Shown: one piece after another, positions 41,441 through 55,520 of the stretch | Numbering within the stretch: the stretch's first letter is position 1 | How the letters are laid out: every line of letters begins with the position of its first letter | NCBI RefSeq assembly: GCF_001194135.2 | Contig: NC_068983.1 | Span: 111,081,321-111,145,237, forward strand | DNA length: 63,917 nucleotides | Source of the DNA: Octopus bimaculoides | Taxonomy: Eukaryota | Direction: 5' to 3' | The notes under the pieces: generated by a model | Seen by the model: the letters and a program-made list of their open reading frames with translations, nothing else | Database searches by the model: none | What the model was told of the DNA's origin: nothing | Program-made: the position numbers and the translations under genes

Positions 41441-44400
41441 GTAAGTCATGTGTCAGAAAATCAGCAGAGTAGTGAGGAAAGCACTATCAAATTACAAAAA
41501 AATAACGCCATCTACAAAGCCTGCAGAAGAATACGCGACAGTACTGAAACAATTATAGTGACGACAGCAACAATGATAACGACCAAACAAAATAAGAAGT
41601 ACCATTGTTATTTCGCTTTCTAATATCACAAATTCCACGCAGAATACACTTAAAGAACAAAAGTCAAACTTGTCATATGGTATTAAGCAGTCTAGAATAC
41701 AGCATAAGGTGCATTAAAATATTCTTCATGGAATAAATAATGTTACACACGATATTCACGTAGCAATATTTCAAAAAAATAATTTTTACTAGCTCAACGC
41801 AGAAAACCTGATATTCCAAATACTTCGATAACATGAGACAGAGCTGCACAACGTATGCTGTCGTGACACGCTTGAACTTAGTGTAATAGCAGGCAATACA
41901 ATACAAACGATACATATTTTCAAAATGTGAAACCAACCACACAGAACACCTTAATATAGCAACAAATGCTCACACAAACGTACACATATCACACACACAC
42001 ACACACAAAGCACACACATATATACACACATACACATGCATACAGATACACAGATATACATACATACAAGCACATCTGTTTGTGTTTGTATGTTCATCTT
42101 ATAACACCAAGCATAACAGGTTACACACCAACAACTCTTTAACACTTTTTGAAATGCCATTATTTTAGGAAACCCAACATCGCTTGGTTTTATAGAGTGC
42201 ACATTAAACAAAATAACATCACTACTAAAACCCCGTTACATCTTAAAGAGCACACACATACATCACTAACGAAGCTAACTATAGACTCCACCTTCCGTTC
42301 CACACACCTAGCTACAAAGAACCACTTAGTAAATAAATCTCCATCTTTCCTCGGCCACCTAGCAATTATCATATCAATGAATTCAAACATCAATGAAGAA
42401 AACAAAAACATTTTTACAAACTTCAAAAAATAAAAACCCAATGAAACAAGTTCAACGAACAGTAGAAACAAGGTCTTCATAAATCAACAACATTGCAATC
42501 ACCAGCACCAACACTACAGCCACAATAATACAACAAAATAATTATAGACGCATCATATCCCACAAGGCAAATAAACAATGGAAAAGCAGTATGCTGGAAA
42601 ACATTTGTATCCAAGAGAAGCTACAAAACAAACAGTAAAACACGATATAGAATAATTAGCAATATCAACAACAAGAACAATGTTCACACCGCCTTTCCAT
42701 GCCACAATAACAACTTCAAATAAAATACCCATACAGCAGCACCAAGCAAACAACCTTATGAGACATTTCTCAAAAAACAGTCACTAAAACCAATTAAGAA
42801 AAACAGGAGTACAAAAGTAAAACATCCCACCGATTTATATCGTAATTTTTCATCCTTGTTTTCACTGGGTATCAATAAATATCCAAAATTAGGGTAAGAA
42901 GAATCACAAAAATACAATTAAAGTATCTGACCTCTGACAGAATCACTGCACTCATCAATGTATAAGATTACTTGAATCAACACTGTCAAACATATTGTAT
43001 TTGTAACGTGGGAAACTCTAATCCTAAAGCTAAACATAAACTGCAGTAACGACATAATGACGATTCATCCTTCCATTTGCTGTTTTATATTCCCCAGAAA
43101 GGTTAAACTTTGACATCACTAATCCAACAATCACCCTCTCTAAATGGTGACATATATCCAGATCATTACACTTTGTCTCCACACAACTCACAAAAAGTGA
43201 ATCCATAATTCAGAGAATAGTTCCAACAAAATATCCCTCATATGCCATGATAACTATGAACATAAGCAAAGCTTCAAACTTCATTTTCTGTTATGCACTC
43301 ACACAACTGTACTCAATGTCATCTTGACAAAAATCACAGACTGTCAGATTGGCGAGCCTATAAAATGTACCAGAAGTACCACAATGATTACTTTCACATA
43401 TGAACAGTATGATCACGGCTAGAATATTTTTTACCAATGGTCTGTTTGATTACGGCTGATCTAAGATTAAAAAGTAACAAGATAAATACATTGGACAATG
43501 GTGGCGAATGTTATATAAACCTGGACTGACACATTGCACTCCATTCATCACAACAGATCACGTTAATCACTATTGTCATCAAGTTGAAATAAATAAATTG
43601 AAAAAGGGAACTGTGAGTTGCAGCTCATGTTTTCAGCTGACTAGCTCTAAGCCACAGCACAGCTCGATCATGGCTGGCTTGTGTCAACCCAACAACAACA
43701 ACAACAATATTATCATCAGCAATATCTATAACAACAGCAAATAATAAATGCAACAACCACAGTAGTTATAAAACCAAATGTATGCTCCCTCATAATTTTG
43801 TATATAGGAATATCAAAATTCACGCAAACATAGAACATAAAATGATGGAAAAGAGAATATATGAAAAAGAAAAAATTCGCTCATCCTTTAATAAAGTCAA
43901 TAATGAAAATATATAAAAGGAACAAAAAGCAACAGCACCAAAAATGACCGAAATGAAAAATCACCTGAAACACTAACTCACAGAGAATCCGCTGTTATGT
44001 AAAGGGAAAACGATTATTTGAAAATGAGAAACAGATCCGTTCCAACCTAAAATGATTTTATGAAAAGCTGATTAATAAAATAAGATAAAATCAATAGGTG
44101 CAAGCAGGAAGGGAAGTGGAGGAATTTTGGAAAAAAAATCAACTGCGAAGGAGTCGACACAGTCCAGATTATTTAAAGCACCCGCATAAATGTAGGGGTG
44201 AAATAGGGGTGCACTATCGACTCAATAATTAGCACATACGCTATGGAAATGAATAACTTAAAGGCATCGAAAATGATACAGTTCCAATCTACTTGTTGAA
44301 ATATTTAACAAGTACATATAAAAGGCTGGCAAAATATGTAATTTACGTCACAAAGAACGAAACACAAATTCATTAGTCATCGACTAGAACAAAAATAACA

Positions 44401-47400
44401 TCGTTATCGAACAAACGAAAGAAAAAGATTACACAATAATATAGAACGATAGCTTACCTTCTTACAGCGTATCTTACACCCACTGCAATTATAGCGTAGA
44501 ATATAAATGATTAGCTTGGAAGACAAAATTCGCTTTCAGAAGAACGCCAGAGAAGCTGCAGAGGATCATATGATTATCAGTTAGTAATCAGCAAAGCCAT
44601 AAGCGAAGACTGTACAAGGTAAATGAAGTGCGTGATCATGCCATGGAGTAGCAAAAGATATTTAACAGTATTCTGTATCCGAGGAGAGAGTACACGTTAA
44701 CCTAGAGTAAGATTGTATAGATAACATACAGTTACATCAAACATGATTAAATGACAAACATGCCTGCAGACACCTGCAAAAGAAACATTTATAAAAGCAA
44801 ACCCCCATCTTTATAGAAGAATATTCTCAGACAACTTCTGTCCGCTTTTCGTCTGATTGATGTTAACGTGTTTAACCAGCCTGAAGTTGGATACAAGTGA
44901 CAAAGTAGGATAATTATCTTTTATACATGGAAGACCTCAAGTTGTACGTAGCAGATAATAAGCCACTAGAAATACAACACAGATTTTATACGAAATTAGT
45001 ACTACCACAATTCTCAATAGCAGAAAATTAATATCCACTAATATGCTAAAGAAATAAAAGCGGCTGGCCTAACAAATATATAATTACTTATAAGTAAATG
45101 AAGTAGACAATTAAAATAAGCCTTTTAGAAAAAAGTATTATAGATTAATGCATAAGAAGTAAATACCAAAGTAAGCTAATATGAATTGATGTACTAACCA
45201 TTGTAGTATTGTTATGGCTATAATATTCACGACTGTATGTAGGAAATCAAACAGATAAACAAAGGAACTAACAACTTCATTTAGAATACATTAGCTACAA
45301 CCGTTTAAAGAAATAAAATATTTACTATGAACCGTGAGGAAGGAAAAGTTGGTGTCTACTCCTGCAAACTTGTTATAGATAATTAACGCGAGGCTCCTTC
45401 AATAAGTAATGAATGAAACAAAGAAAATTAAAACTATCAGTTGTGTTAGATAACGGAAACACACACAAGAAATTGTTTTATTTTTAATGAAGCGGGCTAA
45501 TATAAAACACAGGTAGCAGTTACAATTTGAAGAAAATCCAGAATAAGTGATATTGATAGAATACTGCAAAAGAAATCCAAACTGGTACTCCAGAATGTCA
45601 TGTGGTACCGCTAAACCAGAGTTACAAGAGTGCTTTTACTGTGAGTAGTGAAAAGGTGAACAAAGTAGAAAAGGATGCAGAAAACATTGTGGAATGATTG
45701 AGAAGCAGACAGAATGATTTTTTCATTGCGGCCAAAGAAATAAGCCTCTCTACCAGAAAATACCAAAAGCACACAATAACGGAGACTATGTGATGTAACC
45801 ACAGAATATGCAGTGATTGTTAATCACCAATCAATCACAATATTTTCTGTCTAATTGTCCAGTTTTACTAAAACAAGAAAGGTGCGTACACATATATATA
45901 CATCTATATTCATACATATACGTAATAAAAAATATACAAATATGCATATACACACATACGCGCATACATAATACATACAAACATACATACATATAGATGT
46001 GTGTGTGTAAGTTTCATATATTTGAGATTATACCGGTATTCTGGAAGGCTAAGATAAAGGAAATGGTACAACCATGCACTACAAAAGATTCCAGAGAATA
46101 ACAAAGGAACCGCACTGTAGGATACGGAAATGCATACAACCAGGAAGATTTAGGCAATCAACAAGATCTTTTTGTAACGGGAAACATGGAAAGCACTTGT
46201 CTATTAATCGATCTATCGATTCTAACAAACGTCTCTATAATCCTAAATGAATTTGTGAGAATCTCCAAATATAAATATCAGGAAATAAATTGAATCAAAA
46301 TGTGAGGACAGAGAACAGAAGCTTTCTGTTATGATGGGTTCTTTAGAATAACCTTTAAAAATTGTAAACAAATATATAACCACCGCCACCTTCCGAATTA
46401 CACATAAATAACATACAAAAATAGTCAGCAGTACTTGGATCCAATAAAATTTAAATTGCTGAAAAAAATAATGGTTTAAAATGTTCGCAAAAGGCTAACG
46501 GTTTAAGAGGGTATTAGTCGATTACATTGATCCCAGTATTTTCCTAGTAGTTATTCTATCGACGCCAAAAGGTTGAAAGAGAAGTCTAGCCTCAGCGGTA
46601 TTTGAAACCGTGACAATAATGAGGGAAATACGGAAAGAAATTTTTAACTGTGATCGGTCATAATTCCAGAAACCAATACATCTTACATGCGGAAGAACTA
46701 TACAGCGTTTAATCGGATCTAAGGAAGAGTCACTAATTAGCAACAATCAAAGTCAACATGAATTCTTTTCCCATTTTGAGTGCACAGTAACGTATTAAAA
46801 ATAAATGTATGCATCATTATTTTCATTATTACTGGTTCGTGCGGTTATACTGAATTTAATCCAGCTTAACACGCCTCAGCTCGCATCAGCAAATGATTTG
46901 TTTGCTAGTTTCTCTATAAAAAAGAAGTTCTTATGAAGCACCTTGGAAACGGTGTCTATCACTGAAAAGATTAAATAAGCTGAAACACAACTGTCTAATA
47001 ACATAAGGTGAAATTCACAATGGAAGAGGAAATATTGCAGATAATAACTATACCAACTCTTACTCTGAATCCCCCGTTTCTGTCATCTTTGAAACAATGA
47101 CCAAGACTTCGGTCCCCAGTCTCGACAAGTTTTTTCTCGTTTTTATTTTCAATCGATACGGATGCATTACACCCTAGTCAAGTCATCCTCCCGTAGCCTC
47201 ACCTATGACGCACTTCTACTCCTTTATTCCACGTATTCCTCAACACGAATCATCTTCCCATTCCCTTCATCTACCTTTACTAACCATTACTTCTTCAGCA
47301 CTCCGTCGGACATTAATTTTGATTACTCTAATCTGACTCTGCCACATCCTATTTCTTCGCTAACGCTATTCTTGTCCCCTTTCAGCAGGAGTCCAACCAA

Positions 47401-49478
47401 GAAATTTGCTGGTGGATATACTCCAATACCCTTAATACCTTTATGCTACTGCACCTGCTAGTTCATCATTAACAGCAACATCTTTACCGAATCGATCATG
47501 AAATTCTTCATTTTCACCTCGTCAAATCTTCCTCTTCCCTAAAACCGTCGCTGTTTCATTCTCTTTATAAATCTCCAGCGTTTGTATGACACTCGTGGAA
47601 CACCTGAAGACACCCGATCCACGCTCAACACCCGGTTTTGCACCATATGCACTCAATATATTGCGCTATCCACAACCTCTCCACATTCCCTCTCACCATG
47701 CATACCGGATGCCGAAATTCTAGTTCCCGTAGGTAATAAGAATTCAGAATTTCTCTTCAGTCTTCCGCGTCTCTCGACCTCAATTTCAATCTTTAAATTT
47801 ATAACGTTTCCTAATCATGTTTTTGCTCACAACATATATATATAAATCCACACCTACACACGGAACTGCAACCACCTTTCCCTAATCCCACCACAAACAC
47901 ACACACACACACACAGCACACGGGGACACGTACCAACAACACTCTGGCAACATGAATGAACACTGAAATGCATTACAGACATCGAGAAGTACCCAGTCAC
48001 AACGTTGCTCCACAGATAAGGAAATTAAATCAAACTCGCAGTCAAACAGACACAGACACAGACACACACACACACACACACACATTCCAAACGAGATTAC
48101 ATAACATAGAATAAAACTAATGCAGGCATAGTTTCAGATAGTGTACACATGCGCACATAAGAACCAGCATGTCCACAAATTCAAGCTTCCCATACGCACG
48201 CTCCAAGTAAACAGGCGCACGTTTTCACACAACACAAAGACAACACTACAAGATGACACACATCCTCATGCATGCAAACTACACACGCAGAACAGTACAT
48301 TAATAGGCAAACGAGCACGAAGTACCTACGAGCACAAACATTTACTTTTCCAAGTAACACACACTTACTCACACACACACACACACACACACCACACACA
48401 CACAACACACACACGCACACACACGCATGCACACATACACACTAGTTCCAAGCATTCACCCTGCAAATCAAATTTCCAACACGTAACACACACCTTAGAA
48501 TATGCACACTCTCAAATACAAACGCATGCACTTATCTAATCACATCGGCATACATCAAACAGCTCAATGTAAGCGGTGTAAACTCAAATTTCAAAATGTA
48601 GTGCATATAAAAACACCGAATGTAAACACACAGATAATTCACCTCATATATGCATAGGAAATACACATCTAACATATATATATATATGTGTACACACAAC
48701 GTCATTAAGACATGCGCAAAAACCTACATACAGCCGTTGTGAAAGCATACAGTTTTTCATAAAATCGCGACACACACACGCTTACGTACACACATTCCAA
48801 ACCAAATGATAAACATAAAGCAATAAAGCCAACGTGAACACACATTCAGACAATAAACACACATGAACAAAATGAGGAAAAACAAACAATGTAGAAACAG
48901 TTACTCTCTGCAAACATGAGCATCCACATATGAAGCTATACAACACAACCTCACAGACGAAATCATGGACACAAAACACAGCAGCACCCACAGACACACA
49001 GTCCTAGAGGTACCGGACACATATTCACAAAACGCAACAGCACACATACGTACATCAACAAGAGTTGCATATTATTACACAAAAATTTGCTAGACGTCAA
49101 CAAGCATAAGCAAACACACACTCACAGATATATATATACACGTACAACAACAGAACCACAAATAGATAACTCGAAGCATACACACACACACACACACAGA
49201 TTGAAACCAACTACAAATACACATATGTATCAACTTACACATTTTTATTCAGCTTATCTGCCTTAAAACTGCTCTCCCATGCGCGAAGATTTTTTACGCT
49301 TCTCTTCTTTCTTCTATTTCTTTCTACAATGGAGTTGAGTTGAGATATGCATGTGGACTTTTGGTGTACTTTGTGTAATATCGTTCTGTTTTTGCGATAA
49401 AAATTACATAGCGACTGCAATACATATGTGTGCGTGTCTGTAAGTATATCTATGTATGTGAGCACGCGTGTGTATTTA

Positions 49479-49516
<38 letters not shown>

Positions 49517-51293
49517 CAAACATATATATTTATATATACGTACACACACATTCACAAACACGCACACATTTGCACACAAATATTGTAGTTGCATTTTTTA
49601 TCTATCGGTGTGTCAGGTTTTGTAACGGTTTGTCCTCCAACNNNNNNNNNNNNNNNNNNNNNNNNNNNNNNNNNNNNNNNNNNNNNNNNNNNNNNNNNNN
49701 NNNNNNNNNNNNNNNNNNNNNNNNNNNNNNNNNNNNNNNNNNNNNNNNNNNNNNNNNNNNNNNNNNNNNNNNNNNNNNNNNNNNNNNNNNNNNNNNNNNN
49801 NNNNNNNNNNNNNNNNNNNNNNNNNNNNNNNNNNNNNNNNNNNNNNNNNNNNNNNNNNNNNNNNNNNNNNNNNNNNNNNNNNNNNNNNNNNNNNNNNNNN
49901 NNNNNNNNNNNNNNNNNNNNNNNNNNNNNNNNNNNNNNNNNNNNNNNNNNNNNNNNNNNNNNNNNNNNNNNNNNNNNNNNNNNNNNNNNNNNNNNNNNNN
50001 NNNNNNNNNNNNNNNNNNNNNNNNNNNNNNNNNNNNNNNNNNNNNNNNNNNNNNNNNNNNNNNNNNNNNNNNNNNNNNNNNNNNNNNNNNNNNNNNNNNN
50101 NNNNNNTATACATGCATATATGGGTACAGGACGTCAAAAAAAACGTGAACAAAATGAGAAACGAGAACATAAAAAGCAAAAAACATGAGAAACATACTTT
50201 TTTTTTCAACAATAAAAGGAACAAATAGAGAAACGAGACAGGCAACATAAAGAACATTCTCTTCATCAGTTGTCCCCTGTTTATCGAAACGCATTTAGAT
50301 AAAAGGTAGGGACAAGACGCGACTTCGTTCAAACAGTCCTTCCTTCAAAGAAAATTAAATAAAATTTGGGATTTTGCGGAGGGTTAAAGTGGTAACAAAA
50401 ACAGGAAGTAAGAACAAAACAGTAAAAACAAACGGTGAGGGCTGTTGAGCCATAACGAGGTGAAGTGGTGAACGCCGGAGACACGAGCTTTGAGAAGAGA
50501 CAGGCAAAAGCACGCTACGCATCCATCTTCAAGTAAGTTTTATCTTAATAATTCCGATGCGCACTCTACAGCCTATCTCTATTCTATCTCCCTCTCTTTT
50601 TCTTCCTTTCTGTTTTTCTCTCCGCCCATCCCCTAATTCTACTCCTCTCCCTTTCACCGTTCTCTCTCTCTCCCTCACTCTTCCTCCTTGCCTCTCTCTC
50701 GTTGCTCACACGTAACCAACGGCTATGAGAAGAAATAGTTTAGTAGAAAGAGTGGTATTAGTGGAGGTGGAAAGTTGCTAGGTCGGCCTAGTTGTACATT
50801 AAGGTTAATGGTAATTAAGCATTGTCATAGTTAGGGAATTACATGCATTTAATAAAATGGTCAAATGATGAGTAGAACCTTTGTTTACAATAGAGTATTA
50901 CATCTGAGAATCTATTAAGTAATAACGGATTGAGGTTGCAAAGAATGTTTAGCGATTCACTTAAACAAAATTTACAAATGATGAGGTTAGTGTTGTCACT
51001 TGCTATGGACCGGCATAAGGTATAAGGAGTGTTTGGGGATTTGAGGTTGAGTATAGAAGTTGCTACCGCCTTTGCAACTTATATACCTAATTAGGTAGTG
51101 ATAATGTTATAACTTCATGATATCATAAATTTTCATCCCACGCTTGTTGGAACGCAGATAATTTATAAACGAATCGGAATGTAAATAAATTTTAGGTATG
51201 GAGCAATCATTAATTGTTATAATTAGAATCAGGGAAGGTAATTACCCCCAATTTCAGAAAGTTAATTTATTACATGTACATTAAAAAAGATAT

Positions 51294-51497
51294 TTAATCA
51301 TGAACCATACTATTTAGATAGTCCAAGACTGGTGATATGTGCATACAAAGGTGCGGCTGATATTTTTCACTAAATCTAGTCCCTTTATTCATACCTCGTT
51401 GTACAGACATTTTTCCATTGAATTGTTGTATAGAAAATATTTCGAAGTTTGGTTCGACATTCCACACACAATTCTCTAAGTGTAAGTTTAGTAGCAT
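51294..51497 (-). mobile_element. Possible PLE reverse transcriptase fragment (motif 4 region)
   Basis: QQFNGKMSVQRGMNKGTRFSEKYQPHLCM resembles the PLE RT pattern FxFNGKxYxQxxGxAMGTxFAPxYAxLxM. Confidence 0.4.
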
Positions 51498-51586
51498 TTG
51501 ATTATATCTTGGTTAACTTTGTATAATATTGTTATATTCCCCATTGCTTCCGGGATTGCGGCTAGATTAAAAACTACAGTTGAGTT

Positions 51587-51700
51587 TATTGTGCATCTGA
51601 AAACTTCATGTATGTCATAACTTGTTCAGGATGTGGATACGACTATATAGGGCAAACAAGAAAGTCTCACAGACGGCGATCAAGAATAAATACGTTTCCC
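51587..51700 (+). mobile_element. PLE GIY-YIG endonuclease N-terminal fragment
   Basis: YCASENFMYVITCSGCGYDYIGQTRKSHRRR matches the C.S.N.IY.I.C..C...YIGQT...L..R signature of Cys-containing PLE endonucleases. Confidence 0.85.
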
Positions 51701-51949
51701 AAGATATAAAAAAATACACCGGTCGTGTTTAGCTTGAGCGAAATCGGTCGAGTATGTATATATATATATATATATAAGGGCATTACTATACATGAATGCC
51801 TCACGCTAAGAGGGACTCTAAGGTCAAACTACTATAATAAACACATTTTTTACCGAACGCGAGGAAATGCAACTCTCAAAGATAGCCCCTTAAAACAGTG
51901 TTCGTTTGGTGTGTTGAGTTTCTGTTTATTTCTATGTGTTTTGACCATA

Positions 51950-52008
51950 TTATACTGACGAGTAGAAGTTGCATAATACTGCAATAACTACGAAATCATG
52001 ATCTATAG
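51950..52008 (+). ncRNA. Type I hammerhead ribozyme with intact catalytic core
   Basis: TTATA-CTGACGA-GTAG(aagTTGCAtaatacTGCAAtaa)CTAC-GAAA-TCATGA-TC-TATAG. Core CUGANGA/GAAA is intact, stems I and II form, stem III is palindromic (ATCATGAT), and the predicted cut follows AUC at 52003. It lies ~250 bp 3' of the GIY-YIG fragment. Confidence 0.8.
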
Positions 52009-52526
52009 TTTAGTCTGTTTTTANNNNNNNNNNNNNNNNNNNNNNNNNNNNNNNNNNNNNNNNNNNNNNNNNNNNNNNNNNNNNNNNNNNNNNNNNNNNN
52101 NNNNNNNNNNNNNNNNNNNNNNNNNNNNNNNNNNNNNNNNNNNNNNNNNNNNNNNNNNNNNNNNNNNNNNNNNNNNNNNNNNNNNNNNNNNNNNNNNNNN
52201 NNNNNNNNNNNNNNNNNNNNNNNNNNNNNNNNNNNNNNNNNNNNNNNNNNNNNNNNNNNNNNNNNNNNNNNNNNNNNNNNNNNNNNNNNNNNNNNNNNNN
52301 NNNNNNNNNNNNNNNNNNNNNNNNNNNNNNNNNNNNNNNNNNNNNNNNNNNNNNNNNNNNNNNNNNNNNNNNNNNNNNNNNNNNNNNNNNNNNNNNNNNN
52401 NNNNNNNNNNNNNNNNNNNNNNNNCTAGTCCGTCGCAGTTTGAACTCCCCGTTGTTACTGATTCTTAATTGTATCTAATAAGAGTGAAGCCCCCAAAAGT
52501 ATACCTTTCTTTAAAGACACCGCATA

Positions 52527-52550
52527 TAACCCTAACCCTAACCCTAACCC
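52527..52550. repeat. (TAACCC)4 telomere-motif repeat, interstitial
   Basis: Read directly from the sequence. Confidence 0.85.
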
Positions 52551-54924
52551 GACACCAGAATGGAACTCACTAATTCACAGTCAAATGTCTTTGACAGCCC
52601 TACCACGTACCTACCACATACTCACACACATTCATAAATATTTATATACTTATAATTATTTGTGCCTGAGTGCATGTGTGCGTGTGTGTGTACATGTGTG
52701 TGTACATGTGTGCGTATGAACAAGGTGTTATCTGATTTATGTATCCGTATGTTTGCCAATTTAATACATGCTTGATAGTTTCTATTCATTTGCACATTTG
52801 AACATTACCATGCATATTTGCAGCATAAAAATAACATAAACAGAAATAGTCTCACACAAACACACTCTTTCTGTAGACTAAAACACGCAAGGAAACCTTT
52901 TAACCAACGAACAGCAAGTGACGGTAATATTATTTGTAGCCTGCTAATACTTAGAATGTGTTCTGCTTTGCTATATCCAATTTATAGTTGTTCACGAATG
53001 TACCATAAATGCGCATAATTATCATGTTATTTTTCATCTAGTATTTTACGATGATGTTACTGATAATGAATGCAGAAAAAAATTATATATGCATGTGCAT
53101 CTGTATGCATACGTGCGAGCGTGTGTGTGTGTGGGTGTATGTGTATACTACCTTACTGAGATACTGGGATGTTCTTATCACTTTTTACGGTTTCTATATA
53201 AAATACTATAATCAAGTCATAATGGATGTCTATCGATATTAAAATACCGTTTGCAAGAAAATATTCTAATTCACTTGTGTTAAAACACTATAATGCAGTC
53301 CTAGATACCTTAGATACATTTTGACATATAGACGCACAGGTCATGTCTAACCTATTAGTATCACCTGATTAATGCGTATGAAATGTGAATTTGGTCTCCA
53401 TTGCTCATTGATTTTCAGGATATTGTTTTAAAAAATGTATGCATGCAGATGTAATAATCTAATTTTTTTTAATGTTATGTAGAGTCATGTTGAACAAAGC
53501 AAGGGTGGTAAAGAAAGAAAGAAAGATTTTTGCGTAACGTGTGTGTGCTGAAAATGTAGCTATTTTAGCAGTAGGTAGATTTTAACTGAATGCATACATT
53601 ATCCGTGTCATATTGATCCAATATATCATATATTATAACATTTATATAACGTTAACAATGTAAACATTTTGTACTTTGTGACAAACTCAATAATCCAGAT
53701 TTACTTAAGTATTTATCGTTGAAGTACTTGTTTCCAGTGATATATGAATTCTTCGTAATCGTTTCTTTTGAAAAGGAAGGCGATAGGGAAAGAACTGCTA
53801 ATGAGTCAAGAAAAAAAATAGATAATATAATATGTCTGGTATCTGGATCTTTTATAACCTATTTGTAAATTTTAGGAGCAACTGGGGTCAACTCTTAGAC
53901 AGGACACGAATTTAAGACTTACTAATTGTGGCGTTCGAATTTCTAGTGCCTTTTGACGTCACGAGAGTTTTCATTGAAGAAATGTTTCCTTTCTGTTTAA
54001 CATCCTTTAATTAACTGTTTGAAAATCATTTTATTTTAGAGAAAATTAGATATTAACTTTCAGTCATGCTATATCTTTCTGTGGAAAATGTTCAAGCCAC
54101 AATTCGTAGTAATATCATTATGAGTATCTCATTAGTCGTTGTCATTTCTTTGTCAACTTTTATGGAATTCATGTTAATTAGATCCTTTACGCCCCTGGAT
54201 ATATTAAAGTGCTTTCTATTTGACATACTCATTTATAGCTAGCGTTAATCTCACCCTTAGCATATTAAGCAAATCTTACAATCCAACTCATAATGAAAGT
54301 TATACATATTTCAAGAAATAAAAAATATCAACACACCTTTTCTTGTGTGCAATGATCACTTCATAGTACATAGCTCATGCAACACTCTACAAACCTGATA
54401 TATCTTGTAGAGATATTGGACTGCAGACTTTTCTTTACATGTAGTATTAAAATTCACATTGTATTTCAAATGCTATTGGCACACATTTTTCACAGGTGTT
54501 CGCTCATTATTTTTCTATAGGTGTATTGTCTTATATGCCTATCCATATTTTATGCAGAGAAAACATATTGTTCATAATGAAATGACTCTCAAAAGTATAT
54601 TGCGATCCAACGTAGTCGTCATGGACGAAAATAATAGTCCGAAAGCTTTTTTGATAATATCATCCACTTGAGACAGTGAGAACACAACGCCGTTACCTGT
54701 AGTAATAGAAACAAAAATTACGTCAGTATCGACAACTGCCACTGAGATATAAACTAAGAAGAGAATTCAATAGGCAAACGACCTGTGATAATTTGCAACG
54801 AAATCTTCTTCAAATCACAAGCTACTAACTGAGAAAAGGTAGCAAATACTAGAAAATATAGTGTTATGTACAATGTGTCCGGAATAAAAAAAATATGGAA
54901 TGCTCATAGATGGTAAGAATGCGT

Positions 54925-55048
54925 TAAAGGCGGCATGTTGCCTATTATCCTTTCGAGGTCGAAAGTACCATTTCAGCAGTGGGATCGATGTAACCGACCT
55001 ACACTCTTCCCGACATCGATGGTGTTGTGACAAAATATAAAACCATTA
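54925..55048 (+). mobile_element. SINE family B, decayed 3' part
   Basis: ttatcctttcgaggtcgaaagtacca...gggatcgatgtaaccgac...ggtgttgtgacaaaatataaaaccatta. Confidence 0.6.
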
Positions 55049-55057
55049 TAGGTCTTT

Positions 55058-55130
55058 ATTTGCATTATTTACATTTGAGGGATATTTGTCCCCATCTTGT
55101 TTGTTGTTAACACAGGTGTCTTGAGGAAAT
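55058..55130 (-). repeat. Left-arm copy of the hammerhead-bearing tail with the ribozyme core deleted
   Basis: Reverse complement caagacacctg|tgttaacaacaaacaagatggggacaaatatccctcaaatgtaaataatg aligns to 55947-56053 but lacks atgaagg...cgttg. Confidence 0.8.
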
Positions 55131-55133
55131 GCC

Positions 55134-55190
<57 letters not shown>

Positions 55191-55192
55191 TA

Positions 55193-55290
<98 letters not shown>

Positions 55291-55292
55291 CA

Positions 55293-55430
55293 TTCGGGTC
55301 ACTGCCTGGAATCGAAATATTAGCCCGCGCTCTTAACCACTACGCCATATGCCCGTGAGCATACGGCGTAGTGGTTAACAGCGCCGGTTACTAACCCCAA
55401 GATTCCGACTTCGTTTCCAGGCAGTGACCT
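55293..55430. mobile_element. Two head-to-head tRNA-derived heads (minus 55293-55354; plus 55357-55430), each followed by (AAT)n
   Basis: A boxes TGGCGTAGTGG and CGGCGTAGTGG, degenerate B boxes (TTTCGATTCC, CTTCGTTTCC), both ending CCAGGCAGTGACC. Centre of symmetry at 55355-55356. Confidence 0.85.
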
Positions 55431-55461
55431 CAATAATAATAATAATAATAATAATAACAAC

Positions 55462-55516
<55 letters not shown>

Positions 55517-55520
<4 letters not shown>

